Positions 16,225 to 26,381 of a stretch of DNA of 64,000 nucleotides are shown here, piece by piece. The DNA lies in assembly GCA_038245115.1 (NCBI GenBank), contig JBBRSS010000003.1, positions 3,298-67,297 on the forward strand, given 5' to 3'. Origin of the DNA: Candidatus Saccharimonadia bacterium (lineage in GTDB: Bacteria; Patescibacteriota; Saccharimonadia; UBA4664). The notes beneath the pieces are model-generated. The model saw only the letters and a program-made list of their open reading frames with translations, searched no databases and was not told where the DNA came from. The translations under genes and the position numbers were made by a program. Within the stretch, counting starts at the first letter, position 1; the number at the start of each line of letters is the position of its first letter.

Positions 16225-17735
16225 CCGCCAAATCCTACACCCAAGAAGAGCTCAACGGAATCCTGTGGAACGCCGCAGATTCATCCCGCACCTCTCTCGA
16301 TGGCGGGGTCTACAAAGATTACGTGCTTACCATGCTATTCTTCAAGTACCTCAGTGACTTATCGAAAAAGCAGATAGAGGTCTATCGTCAGCGATTCGCA
16401 GGTGACGTCGAGCGTATCACCAGCAAAATAAAGGCCGAGCGTTTTTACCTGCCCGTCGAAGCTACCTTCGACTACGTCTACGCCAAGAAGGAAGAAGATA
16501 ATATCGGCGAGGAGATCAACAAGGCCCTCCACCGCATTGAAGATATCAACAGGTCCAAGCTCGAAGGCGTCTTCAGTGTCGACTTCAACTCAGAATCCAC
16601 CCTCGGTAAGCTCGAGCAACGCAACAAGATGCTGCGACACCTGCTCGACGACTTCAACGGCATCGACCTGGCACATATAAATGAAGACGTCATCGGTAAC
16701 TCCTATATGTACCTCATCGAGAAGTTCGGTGCCGACGCCGGCAAGAAAGCCGGAGAATTTTTTACGGTCAAATCCGTCGCCAGCCTCGTCGCCAGGCTCG
16801 CCCAACCCAAGCCGGGCGACCGCATTTGCGACCCCGCCGTCGGCAGTGGCGGCCTGCTACTTCTGGCTGGCGCCGAAGTCGAAAAGCAGGGCTCGAACAA
16901 TTACGCGCTATATGGCCAAGAGTCCACCGGCAGCACCTACCAGCTCGCGCGTATGAACATGTTTTTGCACGGTAAAGACTCCGCCCACCTCGAATGGGGT
17001 GATACCTTGAACAACCCATTGTTCGTCGAGAACGACCGCCTCATGAAGTTCGACGTTTGTGTAGCCAATCCGCCCTTCTCACTCAAGAAATGGGGGGCCG
17101 AAAACGCCGAGAGTGATCGCTACAAGCGTTTCTGGCGCGGCATCCCGCCCAAAGACAAGGGCGACTACGCCTTCGTCACTCACATGGTAGAAACTGCCAA
17201 ACCAAAAACTGGCCGCATCGCCGTCATCGTCCCCCACGGCGTTCTTTTCCGCGGTGGTGTCGAAGGCAAAATCCGCGAAGCCTTCCTGCGCGAGAATATC
17301 ATTGATGCCGTCATTGGCCTGCCCGCCGGGCTCTTCCAGACTACCGGCATCCCCGTCGCCATCCTCGTGATCGACCGTTCCCGCGAAGTTGGCGGCGCCA
17401 ACCATAGCAAAAAAGACGTACTCTTTATTGAAGCCTCCAAGCAATTCAAGCCCGGCAAGGCCCGCAACAGCCTTAAGCCCGAGCATATCGATACCATTTT
17501 CAATACCTTCATCGCGCGCCAAGATGTCGACAAATTTGCCCACGTCGCCACCTTCGCCGAAATCCAGGAAAACGAATTCAACCTTAACATCACCCGCTAT
17601 GTTGATACCTTCGTCGAAGAGGCGGAAATCGACATCCAGGCTAACCTCAAAGAGCTCGAAGCCCTCAAGCCTGAGTTGGCTCGACTTGAAGCCCAGATGG
17701 ACGACTACCTAAAGCAGCTGGGGATTAAACCATGA
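16221..17735 (+). CDS. hsdM: Type I R-M DNA methyltransferase subunit HsdM
   Basis: N6-adenine MTase motifs: VANPPFSLKKW (motif IV) and DPAVGSGGLL (motif I); HsdM N-domain. Confidence 0.9.
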   Translation: MTAKSYTQEELNGILWNAADSSRTSLDGGVYKDYVLTMLFFKYLSDLSKKQIEVYRQRFAGDVERITSKIKAERFYLPVEATFDYVYAKKEEDNIGEEINKALHRIEDINRSKLEGVFSVDFNSESTLGKLEQRNKMLRHLLDDFNGIDLAHINEDVIGNSYMYLIEKFGADAGKKAGEFFTVKSVASLVARLAQPKPGDRICDPAVGSGGLLLLAGAEVEKQGSNNYALYGQESTGSTYQLARMNMFLHGKDSAHLEWGDTLNNPLFVENDRLMKFDVCVANPPFSLKKWGAENAESDRYKRFWRGIPPKDKGDYAFVTHMVETAKPKTGRIAVIVPHGVLFRGGVEGKIREAFLRENIIDAVIGLPAGLFQTTGIPVAILVIDRSREVGGANHSKKDVLFIEASKQFKPGKARNSLKPEHIDTIFNTFIARQDVDKFAHVATFAEIQENEFNLNITRYVDTFVEEAEIDIQANLKELEALKPELARLEAQMDDYLKQLGIKP

Positions 17736-17953
17736 GCGTCCAACCTCACGAAGGCGGCTTCCTTTTTGAGTCGACTAAACTACCAGAAACCAGCAATGTG
17801 CAAAAATTGCACGTTGCAGATTTCACCAAACGATTTGCTTACTACTGTCTGGACGCGGTTACTCGGGTTTTCCACAACCATTTCGAGGATGTCCTCGAAA
17901 TGGTATTTGTCCGCTCCAGTGCTAAAAACACCGTTGTAAGTGGCACGAAATGA
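17732..17953 (+). CDS. Small hypothetical protein translationally coupled between hsdM and the KilA-N gene
   Basis: ATGA overlaps at both ends (17732 and 17950). Confidence 0.3.
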   Translation: MSVQPHEGGFLFESTKLPETSNVQKLHVADFTKRFAYYCLDAVTRVFHNHFEDVLEMVFVRSSAKNTVVSGTK

Positions 17954-18798
17954 AAAAGATCACTGCCAAAGACGTGAGCATTTACGTTACTCAAGCACAT
18001 AATGCCGACTTCATCTCTCTCACGGATATGGCAAGATACCGGGATGAAGAACGAAGTGATTATATAATCCAAAACTGGATGCGCAATCGCAGTACCATTG
18101 AGTTCATTGGCATCTGGGAGACCATTCACAACCCTAGTTTTAAATCCATCGAATTCGATGGATTTAAAAACGAAGCCGGTTCCAATAGCTTCTCACTCAC
18201 GCCTAAGAAGTGGATCGAGACTACGAACGCAACCGGCCTGATCACCCGAAAGGGCAAGTACGGCGGCGGTACTTTTGCCCACGCCGACATTGCTCTAGAG
18301 TTTGCCGGTTGGCTTTCGCCAGAATTCAAACTATACGTAATCAAAGAATTTCAGCGCCTCAAAGATGACGAAAGTACTCGTCAGGCCCTGGGCTGGGATA
18401 CCAAGCGTACGCTGGCCAAAATCAATTACCGCATCCATACAGACGCCATCAAGCAGCATATTATTCCCGCAAAACTATCTGCCACCCAAGCAGGTATAGT
18501 TTATGCAAATGAAGCCGACGTGCTCAACAAGGCCCTATTCGGCATGACGGCCAAAGAATGGCGTACCGCTAATCCCAAACAAACTGGCAACATTCGCGAC
18601 TACGCCGAAGCCTCACAGCTTGTCTGTCTATCCAACCTTGAAAGCCTCAACGCCGAATTCATCCGCGCCGGCTACTCGCAACCAGACAGGCTCATCAAAC
18701 TCAACGAAAGCGCGATCATCCAAATGAAATCGTTGGCCCAAAACCGGGCGATCCAAGCGCTGAGTAATCTGACCGCAAAACAGGAAAGGGACAAGTAA
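17950..18798 (+). CDS. KilA-N domain DNA-binding protein embedded in the R-M operon
   Basis: FISLTDMARY...GTFAHADIALEFAGWLSPEFKLYV is the KilA-N/APSES-type signature. Confidence 0.7.
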   Translation: MKKITAKDVSIYVTQAHNADFISLTDMARYRDEERSDYIIQNWMRNRSTIEFIGIWETIHNPSFKSIEFDGFKNEAGSNSFSLTPKKWIETTNATGLITRKGKYGGGTFAHADIALEFAGWLSPEFKLYVIKEFQRLKDDESTRQALGWDTKRTLAKINYRIHTDAIKQHIIPAKLSATQAGIVYANEADVLNKALFGMTAKEWRTANPKQTGNIRDYAEASQLVCLSNLESLNAEFIRAGYSQPDRLIKLNESAIIQMKSLAQNRAIQALSNLTAKQERDK

Positions 18799-20043
18799 AT
18801 GAGTAGCCGTAAATACGTGCGGTTAAGCAGCATAGCAGATGTCCAAACCGGACCGTTCGGAAGCCTTTTTCATGAGGGTGACTATGTAGAATATGGTATG
18901 CCGATGATTACTGTCGAGAATATTAGAGACAGCAGAATTGCTCTTACGCCTGGAACGCCTATGGTTAGTATTCCAGACGCAGAAAGGTTGAAAAAGTTCG
19001 CGCTCAGAGAAGGCGATGTCGTATTTAGCCGGGTCGGTTGTGTCGACAGATCTGCACATGCAACGTTAGCGCAGCAGGGGTGGCTGTTTTCGGGTCGTTT
19101 GCTAAGGGTCAGAGCGAGACCCGGAACCGACGCCAAATTTCTCCACTATTATTTTTCTTACGAGGCCACTAAAATCCTCATTCGAAATATGGCCGTCGGC
19201 GGTACCATGGCATCCCTCAATACGGGCATCCTGAAATCATTGCCAATCCCAGATATTAAACTTGCAGAGCAAAACGGCATCGTGGGGATCCTTGAGATTT
19301 GGGATGAGGCGATCGATACTCTGACGGCAGTGATCTATGCGTATACGAGAGCGAAGAATGGCTTAGCGCAAGAATTGCTTTCGGGAGCACGGCGATTGGC
19401 CGGCTTTACAAGCAGTTGGCTGCCGGTGCGACTCGGCGAAACCACGAGTTTACTAAAAGACGGAACCCACGGCTCACATATAGACGTAAAGGACGGAATA
19501 CCCCTTCTGAGCGCGAAAGACATTGGGGACGGGCAGATCGATTTTCAAAACGAACCCCGACTAATTTCTGTTGGCGACTTCAACCACATTCACAATAAGT
19601 ACAAAATACAAGACGAAGATATCTTACTAAGTCTTGTTGGAAGTATTGGGAAGGTCGCAATTGTCGCCAACTACCATGATAATTTCACACTTCAGAGAAG
19701 CGTTGGAATTATACGATTTATCAAGCAAAACAGTCGCTTTATGTTTTATCTCTTCCGGGCTGCTAAATTTCAGAATGAACTCTCAAAAATCCAAAATAAG
19801 GGTGCTCAAGGAGGGGTCTACCTCGGGAATCTCTCTAAATTGGTACTAAACTTGCCTACGTTGCCTGAGCAGGCCGCAATCGCCAATATTCTCACTGCCT
19901 CCGATGATGAAATTGCGACGCTTATGCGAAAACTTGCACTCTTCAAGGAACAGCGCGAATATCTCCTCAACAACTTAATGAGCGGAAAAATCCGCACGCC
20001 CGAAAGCCTCAAAATACCCACCCAGGAGCCTACCCATGCATGA
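18799..20043 (+). CDS. hsdS: Type I R-M specificity subunit HsdS (two TRDs)
   Basis: Two TRDs separated by a conserved central repeat; 414 aa; start abuts the KilA-N stop; 8-nt overlap with hsdR. Confidence 0.85.
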   Translation: MSSRKYVRLSSIADVQTGPFGSLFHEGDYVEYGMPMITVENIRDSRIALTPGTPMVSIPDAERLKKFALREGDVVFSRVGCVDRSAHATLAQQGWLFSGRLLRVRARPGTDAKFLHYYFSYEATKILIRNMAVGGTMASLNTGILKSLPIPDIKLAEQNGIVGILEIWDEAIDTLTAVIYAYTRAKNGLAQELLSGARRLAGFTSSWLPVRLGETTSLLKDGTHGSHIDVKDGIPLLSAKDIGDGQIDFQNEPRLISVGDFNHIHNKYKIQDEDILLSLVGSIGKVAIVANYHDNFTLQRSVGIIRFIKQNSRFMFYLFRAAKFQNELSKIQNKGAQGGVYLGNLSKLVLNLPTLPEQAAIANILTASDDEIATLMRKLALFKEQREYLLNNLMSGKIRTPESLKIPTQEPTHA

Positions 20044-23000
20044 CATCGATTTTGACGAGGCCAAACAATCACAGCTTCCGTTTGTAGAGCTGCTGATCAA
20101 CCTCGGCTATACGTACATACCCGCAAAAGAGGTGCTGCGCCAGCGCGGCGACGATACTTCGAATTTCATCCTCAAGGATGTGGCGGCGCGCGCCCTCATG
20201 AACATCAACCAGTATGAGTATGATGACTCGCTGCACAATTTCAGTGACAAAGATGTGCACGACGCCATCGACGAGCTGGAGAACCTTCAGTTTGAAGGCC
20301 TCATCGACACGTCCAGAACCGTCTTCAATACCATTATGCCAACGCGCGGCGGCCGAACTATCAAGGTGCTACTCGACGGGAAATATGAATCCAAGAGCTT
20401 CAGGTTCATTGATTTTGACGAGCCCACCAATAATGAATTCAACGTTACGGTCGAATATCCCGCCAGCGGGAAGGGCAACATTCGCCCGGATATTGTGTGT
20501 TTCGTAAACGGGATACCCTTCGTTGTCATTGAGAACAAGAAATCCAGCGTGGATGTGGACGAGGCAATGAACCAGCTGGTGCGCAATCAGGGCGTGGATC
20601 GGTGCCCGAGGCTGTTTATCTATCCGCAGTTGCTCATTGCTACCAATGGCAAAGACATGCGCTACGGCACCACCGGCACGCCGGCTAAGTTTTATGCCAA
20701 CTGGCGCGAAAAAGATACAGCTGACACGGTTATTGAAGAGCGCGCAAAAGTGCTGATGGCTCAGCCGATCGAGCGGGGTATTTATCGGACCTTGCTATCT
20801 GATTTGAACGGCTCCGTTTTTGGGCATGCCCAAAAACTAAGTCGGGAAGTGACCGCTCAGGATCGTGCCGTGGTCGCGATGTTCGACAAAGCCCGTCTGC
20901 TTGATCTTACGAAAAACTACATTCTCTATGATGCTGGAACCAAGAAGGTCATGCGCTACCAACAGTATTTTGCCATTCACAAGATTCTAAAGCGCATTCA
21001 AAACGTGGAGCCGTCTGATGTCGGCGAACGCCGCAAAGGCGGGATCGTCTGGCACACCCAAGGCTCTGGTAAATCTCTGACGATGGTCATGTTTGTGCGG
21101 GCGTTGATCGAGGATGCGAGCATCGTGAACCCGCGAGTGATCATCGTGACCGACCGTAAGGACCTCGATCGGCAGATTAAGGGCACTTTTAACAATGCTG
21201 GGCTGAAGAAAAACGTCATTCAGGCTACTAGTGGCGAGCACCTGCTGGAGCTGATCAAGGATCGCGATAAGCGCATCATTACCACGCTCGTGCACAAGTT
21301 CCAAAGTGCCGGCCGTAATCGGGCCGACTTTGACGTGGACCACGACGCCAATATCTTTGTGCTCATCGATGAGGCCCACCGCTCGCAGGGCGGTGACGCC
21401 AATAGTGAAATGAACCTTATTATTCCCAACGCCTGTTACATCGCCTTTACGGGCACGCCTTTGCTCAAAAATGAGCGTTCGCGCGGCAAGTTTGGTGACT
21501 TTATCGACAAGTACACCATTGATGACGCCCTCGCGGATAAGATCATTTTGCCGCTGATTTATGAAGGTCGGTATGTGGACCTCAAGCAAGATAAGGATGA
21601 GATTGATCGCCTCATTGAGCGCCTTACCCAGGGCTTAAGTGATGAGCAAAAACGACAGCTCCAAAAGAATGTTCAGCAGGGGATTATTAAAGATAACCCA
21701 AAGCGGATCATAGAGATCGCCTACGACATTGAACGACACTATATAGACAAGCTCCAAGGCTCGGGCCTCAAAGCTCAGATTGTAGCGCCCTCAAAGTTCT
21801 CGGCCGTCATGATGCAGAAGTTCTTTGCCGATAGCGGCAAGGTCAACACTGCCCTAGTGATCTCCGACGAAAACGGCATCATTGCCGAAGGCGACGACCA
21901 CAAAAAAGAGGTGGATGATTATCTGAAGGATGTGAAGGAGAAATACCAGAGCCTCCTAACGTATGAAAAAGATGTTGTTTATAGCTTTGTAAATTACGAT
22001 GACAGCGTCGAGATTTTGATTGTGGTCGATAAACTTTTGACCGGCTTCGATGCGCCTCGCAACACGATCCTTTATCTGGCGCGCGAACTGACTGATCACA
22101 ACTTACTGCAGGCTATAGCTCGAGTGAACCGGCTCTATGAAAACCCTAGCTTGCCAAAGACTGCCGGGTTTATCATCGATTATTCCGAGAATGCTCAAAA
22201 TATTCACACCGCCATGCAGTTGTTCGGCAATTACGACGAAGATGACGTAAAGGGCGCGCTTGTAGACGTTAAGGACAAGATCAACGAGCTAGAAGCCGCC
22301 TACGCCGCACTCCATGATCTATTTAACGGCGTCGCTCATGATGACGAGGCCTATCTACAATTCTTGGCCGACGAGCCAACTCGCAAACAATTCGTGTTTG
22401 CGCTTAACGACTTCGTGCGGCTATTTGGCGAATCGATGACGCTTCAGGACTTCTCACTCAAATTCCCGCAGTTGCACTTGTACCGAGAGGAATGTAAGAA
22501 ATTCCTAGAGCTCCGAAAATCTGCCAATTTGCGGTACGCTGACCTCACGGATCTGCGGCCGTATAAGCTCGCGCTCATCAAAATCATGGATGACAACATC
22601 AAGGCGGACGAAGCCGAGCTGCTGACCGAGCAGATCGATATTACCAATAAAGAATTGTTTGAAAAGGCTATCGAAGAATTGGGCTCTGATAAGTCAAAAG
22701 CCGAGGCGATTGCGGCGCAAACCCAGAAAACAATCACCGAGCGACAGTCGTCCGATCCTGAGTTCTACGCACGTTTTTCAAAGCGCATTACCGAGATTAT
22801 CGATGCCATGCGCGAGAAGAAGCTGGCGGATATTGAAGCGCTTAAGCAGCTAAGACTCATTAGCGACGACGTGTTGGACAAAAAAGACGATGAGCTCCCA
22901 GAGGCCGTTGCAAAGAGCCCAGGGGCGGACATTTTATATCGTAACCTGGCTGGGAGCGTGGCGGGTATTGATGGAAATGAGTATGAACGGGCAGTGCTCG

Positions 23001-23212
23001 GGATGAATGAGGTTCTGCGGCAGGCAGCTACGGTCGACTGGTGGCGCAGCCACGAAACCAAACGGCAGATGCGCAGCAAGCTCGATGACTACCTGTACGA
23101 CGTCGTTAAAACAGAGCTGGGTGCCCAGCTTACCTATGAGCGGATTGAAAACATTATCGTGGAGGTCATGACGTTGGCTGAGCATAATCATGATGTATTT
23201 ACTCAGCAATGA
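20036..23212 (+). CDS. hsdR: Type I restriction enzyme R subunit HsdR
   Basis: N-terminal nuclease region, SF2 helicase motifs (TGSGKS Walker A, VLIDEAHRSQ DEAH box), 1058 aa. Confidence 0.9.
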   Translation: MHDIDFDEAKQSQLPFVELLINLGYTYIPAKEVLRQRGDDTSNFILKDVAARALMNINQYEYDDSLHNFSDKDVHDAIDELENLQFEGLIDTSRTVFNTIMPTRGGRTIKVLLDGKYESKSFRFIDFDEPTNNEFNVTVEYPASGKGNIRPDIVCFVNGIPFVVIENKKSSVDVDEAMNQLVRNQGVDRCPRLFIYPQLLIATNGKDMRYGTTGTPAKFYANWREKDTADTVIEERAKVLMAQPIERGIYRTLLSDLNGSVFGHAQKLSREVTAQDRAVVAMFDKARLLDLTKNYILYDAGTKKVMRYQQYFAIHKILKRIQNVEPSDVGERRKGGIVWHTQGSGKSLTMVMFVRALIEDASIVNPRVIIVTDRKDLDRQIKGTFNNAGLKKNVIQATSGEHLLELIKDRDKRIITTLVHKFQSAGRNRADFDVDHDANIFVLIDEAHRSQGGDANSEMNLIIPNACYIAFTGTPLLKNERSRGKFGDFIDKYTIDDALADKIILPLIYEGRYVDLKQDKDEIDRLIERLTQGLSDEQKRQLQKNVQQGIIKDNPKRIIEIAYDIERHYIDKLQGSGLKAQIVAPSKFSAVMMQKFFADSGKVNTALVISDENGIIAEGDDHKKEVDDYLKDVKEKYQSLLTYEKDVVYSFVNYDDSVEILIVVDKLLTGFDAPRNTILYLARELTDHNLLQAIARVNRLYENPSLPKTAGFIIDYSENAQNIHTAMQLFGNYDEDDVKGALVDVKDKINELEAAYAALHDLFNGVAHDDEAYLQFLADEPTRKQFVFALNDFVRLFGESMTLQDFSLKFPQLHLYREECKKFLELRKSANLRYADLTDLRPYKLALIKIMDDNIKADEAELLTEQIDITNKELFEKAIEELGSDKSKAEAIAAQTQKTITERQSSDPEFYARFSKRITEIIDAMREKKLADIEALKQLRLISDDVLDKKDDELPEAVAKSPGADILYRNLAGSVAGIDGNEYERAVLGMNEVLRQAATVDWWRSHETKRQMRSKLDDYLYDVVKTELGAQLTYERIENIIVEVMTLAEHNHDVFTQQ

Positions 23213-23910
23213 AACGTAATTTCCGCTATGGTGCGTACGAATATGAATACGAACTGATTTCGGAAAACCGCAAAAGCCTCAAGTTGACGGTGATGCCCAG
23301 CCTGGGCATCATTTTACGGGCTCCCGTCGACGCCGACGACCAGCGTATTAAGCGGTTTCTCGAAAAGAAATGGCGCTGGCTCGAGAAGCAACTTCAAACA
23401 TTTGAGCGCTACCACAAAAAAAGTTATGCACGCAGCTATATCTCGGGTGAAAGTTTTATGTACTTAGGCCGGCAATATGAGCTCATCGTTGCACGCGGGG
23501 AGATCGATAGTGTTGGCCTTGTGCGCGGAAAGATCCGTGTCATCACATCACTTGGAGCATCAAAACCCGAGTACACGAAAATGCTCCTGGAAAGTTGGTA
23601 CCGCAATCGCCGCAATCTCATATTCCGTGATTCCTACGTCAAATGCCTGGGTTCCTTTGATTTCGCTGCGTCACCTAAATTTCTTATTAAAGAGATGGAT
23701 AAGCGGTGGGGGAGTTATACAAACGCGGGGAATATTGTGCTTAATCCACGTCTCATTGAGGCCGATAAACGAGCCATAGAGTATGTCATCGTACACGAAT
23801 TGTGTCATGCATCTGTTCGAAATCACGGCCCGCAATTTATATCGCTCCTAAACGAAAAACTACCCAATTGGCGGGAAGTAAAAGATAGATTAGAGCTCAG
23901 GCACGGCTAG
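23209..23910 (+). CDS. YgjP/DUF45-like M48-family metallopeptidase commonly linked to hsdR
   Basis: HELCHASVRNHG HExxH motif near the C-terminus; ATGA overlap with the hsdR stop. Confidence 0.7.
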   Translation: MKRNFRYGAYEYEYELISENRKSLKLTVMPSLGIILRAPVDADDQRIKRFLEKKWRWLEKQLQTFERYHKKSYARSYISGESFMYLGRQYELIVARGEIDSVGLVRGKIRVITSLGASKPEYTKMLLESWYRNRRNLIFRDSYVKCLGSFDFAASPKFLIKEMDKRWGSYTNAGNIVLNPRLIEADKRAIEYVIVHELCHASVRNHGPQFISLLNEKLPNWREVKDRLELRHG

Positions 23911-24015
23911 ACCAATAAGTGGCCATAGTGGCTAATTCTTGGTGAAGTCGGCTCGATTTTAGTCGGCGGACCCGGCTAAACCGGCTATTTGTATACGGCC
24001 GCACTCAGCCAAAAT

Positions 24016-25059
24016 TTAGCCCCCAGTAACCGTGAAACTCCCCCCGTCACTGCCAATCGCTGATGGTGTGGCGATGGCGTGGCCGCGCCTGTTGACGAGG
24101 ACAATTTTCTGAGCACCGCTGCCGATCAGGTTTTGGGTGACACCGTTTGAGGTCGCCAGGGAGTCGGTGAAGCTCACCGAGCCAAAAACGTCGAACGGCA
24201 CCAGGCCGCCGGAGGCGTAGCTGGGGTCTTCTTGGATCCACTCGGCGCTCGATTGGGTACTGGCGTAGGTGACGGTAATCGAAAAGCTCTCGTGCTGGGT
24301 GACGTCACTGATGCTGATAAGCCACTGCGAGCCGCTCAATAGGTGAATGTCGGCGCTCATCACGTCGCCCGCGGCAACATGCATGCTGGGGATTGGCGTT
24401 TCGGGCGCCGGCAGCATCTCGTAAAACGCAATTGTGCTCGCCTGGCCGTCTTTGGTCACGGTATCGTCGGTGCCGACTTGGATGAGATCCGAGCCGGTCA
24501 CCCCGCCGATGCCAATCCAGGCCGCGTCGCCCGATTCTGATACTCCGTTGCCGCCTACGTGCGGGACTGTCCACGATCCGCTGACGCCGGTGAAATTCCC
24601 GGCGGGGGACATGTAGCCCGACCAGTTCGTCGAATAATATGCCGTGGCGGCCGGAGGGGGCGTGCCTTGACCGAGTCCGGGGGTCGGGGTTCCGCTGGGC
24701 GAAGGAATTGTCGTCGGCGCGGGGGTGGCGGCTGGGGTCACCGGCACCAGATGGCTCACTACGCTGTTGGGCGCCGGCGTTACTGGCGGCAAGGGCTTCG
24801 GCGCAATTGCCACTCGGCGCACCGGAGCTTTTGCGGGGGTGGGCTTGGGTTTGCTCGTGGGCGCCGGCGTGTGGACGGCCGGGGTGGGCGTAGCTGGCGC
24901 GGCCAGCGTGATAGCCCCGACGTGCGCCTGCATCTGCTTATGCGCACTCAGATTAGCCGCCGCCTGAATGCCAACCCCAAAACCGCCGAGGACCACTAAG
25001 GTCGCGACGAGTCCCGAACGTAAGAATGTTTTTGGCTGCTGTTTGTGTTTTTTTCTCAT
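24016..25059 (-). CDS. Membrane-anchored peptidase G1 (eqolisin/Peptidase_A4)-like protein with Pro/Thr-rich linker
   Basis: N-terminal TM; YYSTNWSGY...GNFTGVSGSWTVPHV and AAWIGIGG resemble the eqolisin SNWAGAV and W.GIDG motifs. Confidence 0.5.
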   Translation of the reverse strand: MRKKHKQQPKTFLRSGLVATLVVLGGFGVGIQAAANLSAHKQMQAHVGAITLAAPATPTPAVHTPAPTSKPKPTPAKAPVRRVAIAPKPLPPVTPAPNSVVSHLVPVTPAATPAPTTIPSPSGTPTPGLGQGTPPPAATAYYSTNWSGYMSPAGNFTGVSGSWTVPHVGGNGVSESGDAAWIGIGGVTGSDLIQVGTDDTVTKDGQASTIAFYEMLPAPETPIPSMHVAAGDVMSADIHLLSGSQWLISISDVTQHESFSITVTYASTQSSAEWIQEDPSYASGGLVPFDVFGSVSFTDSLATSNGVTQNLIGSGAQKIVLVNRRGHAIATPSAIGSDGGSFTVTGG

Positions 25060-25709
25060 GCCGTGGCTTTTTTACGGTAGGGGATGTTTACTTATGGTTA
25101 ATATATTACCATAACCGTTATGTAGAGTAGAAATTTTCTATTCACCCAAGACGAGGTCTTAGCCTTGATTCAATTGATCAGAATAGGTAAAGTATATAAA
25201 TTCTTTCACAACCAATTTAACGCAGAGCTAATTGGGCACGCGCTCGCGCCTAGCTAGCTCTCCGTTACTGCTACGGGAGCATTCCTGGCCCTCAGATCTG
25301 CCAAGCGGGCCAAACCACGAGAAGGGAAATACCTTGCCACAAGACGATAGCGGCGTGAAGGTCACTCGCTACCAGCCGTTCAGAGAGCCCCAGTCTCGAC
25401 CCCCCCGCTCGAAACCCGCCGACGACGGCGACCAAGCCAAGGTTCCGGGTTCCGATCCTTTCAAGGTCAAGTTCGACACCGGAGCGTCCACGAGAGCTGG
25501 GTTCTGACCGGCTCCCAGCACAAGCAGTAGCGGAAGCTCACCCGCCCCGGGCGGCCCGTCGACAATTCGTCGACTAGGCTGCCTGGGGTGCTTTCATTTC
25601 GCTCTTCCCATCTCGCCGCGCGGAGGTGTTCGCTCATGACCAAATTCGGCGCATAATATACGTATTAACGAGGTATTGCGCAATGGCACACAAAGGAGAC
25701 ACTGGGTTT

Positions 25710-25862
25710 ATGGGCGGGGGATGGTTGTTGGGATTTATTGGCGCCTTAATCTATTTTCTACAGCACGCTAGCTCGTTTTGGGTGGGCGTGGTCGGAATTC
25801 TTAAAGCTATTGTGTGGCCGGCCTATCTGGTTTACCACTTATTCTCGTTCCTACATATCTAA
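25710..25862 (+). CDS. Small membrane protein (50 aa)
   Basis: AAAGGAGA RBS 10 nt upstream; two hydrophobic helices. Confidence 0.35.
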   Translation: MGGGWLLGFIGALIYFLQHASSFWVGVVGILKAIVWPAYLVYHLFSFLHI

Positions 25863-25877
25863 CGCAAATACGCTAAC

Positions 25878-26273
25878 TTATTTATCGCCCTCAAGCACGG
25901 CCAAAATGTTACCGGCCGGGTCTTTGAACCAAGCAATATCCGGACCCATACCAGTGGTTTTGCCGCGCGCAACGCCTTTGGCATCGGTCTTCATTTGCCC
26001 GTCGTAGTGCTCAAACTTCACACCCTTCGCACTCAATCCGTCTACGGCTTCGTCAATATTCTCTACTGCAAAATTCAGCACCGTATATTCGGCCGGTACG
26101 TGGTTGTTTTTCGGATAAATCATCACTTCGCCGCCACCCTTGAGATGCAGATTTAGCATGCCCATAGCGTTGTCGTCGGACACGTTTACTCCGAGGGTTT
26201 CCGCATAAAATGTCTTGGCTGCTGCGATATCATCCACCGAAAAACCGCTGAAGGCTGGTGTATCTTTAAACAT
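25878..26273 (-). CDS. VOC (glyoxalase/bleomycin-resistance) family protein
   Basis: beta-alpha-beta-beta-beta VOC-like sequence; GGGAG RBS supports the MFKDTPAF start (the ORF track extends to 26300). Confidence 0.65.
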   Translation of the reverse strand: MFKDTPAFSGFSVDDIAAAKTFYAETLGVNVSDDNAMGMLNLHLKGGGEVMIYPKNNHVPAEYTVLNFAVENIDEAVDGLSAKGVKFEHYDGQMKTDAKGVARGKTTGMGPDIAWFKDPAGNILAVLEGDK

Positions 26274-26381
26274 TGTCATTCTCCCGTTAGGTGAACGCAT
26301 TATAGCCCACTGCCAAGCCTAAATTGCAAGGACTATTAGTCCAAAATTTTCTCAAAAAGAGCTGCTCTTATTGATCCGGCG

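Noticed and set aside
25232-25507. 91-aa ORF in the gene-poor GC-rich segment
   Set aside because: Low-complexity Pro/Arg/Ser-rich translation, no RBS; treated as noncoding (see finding)
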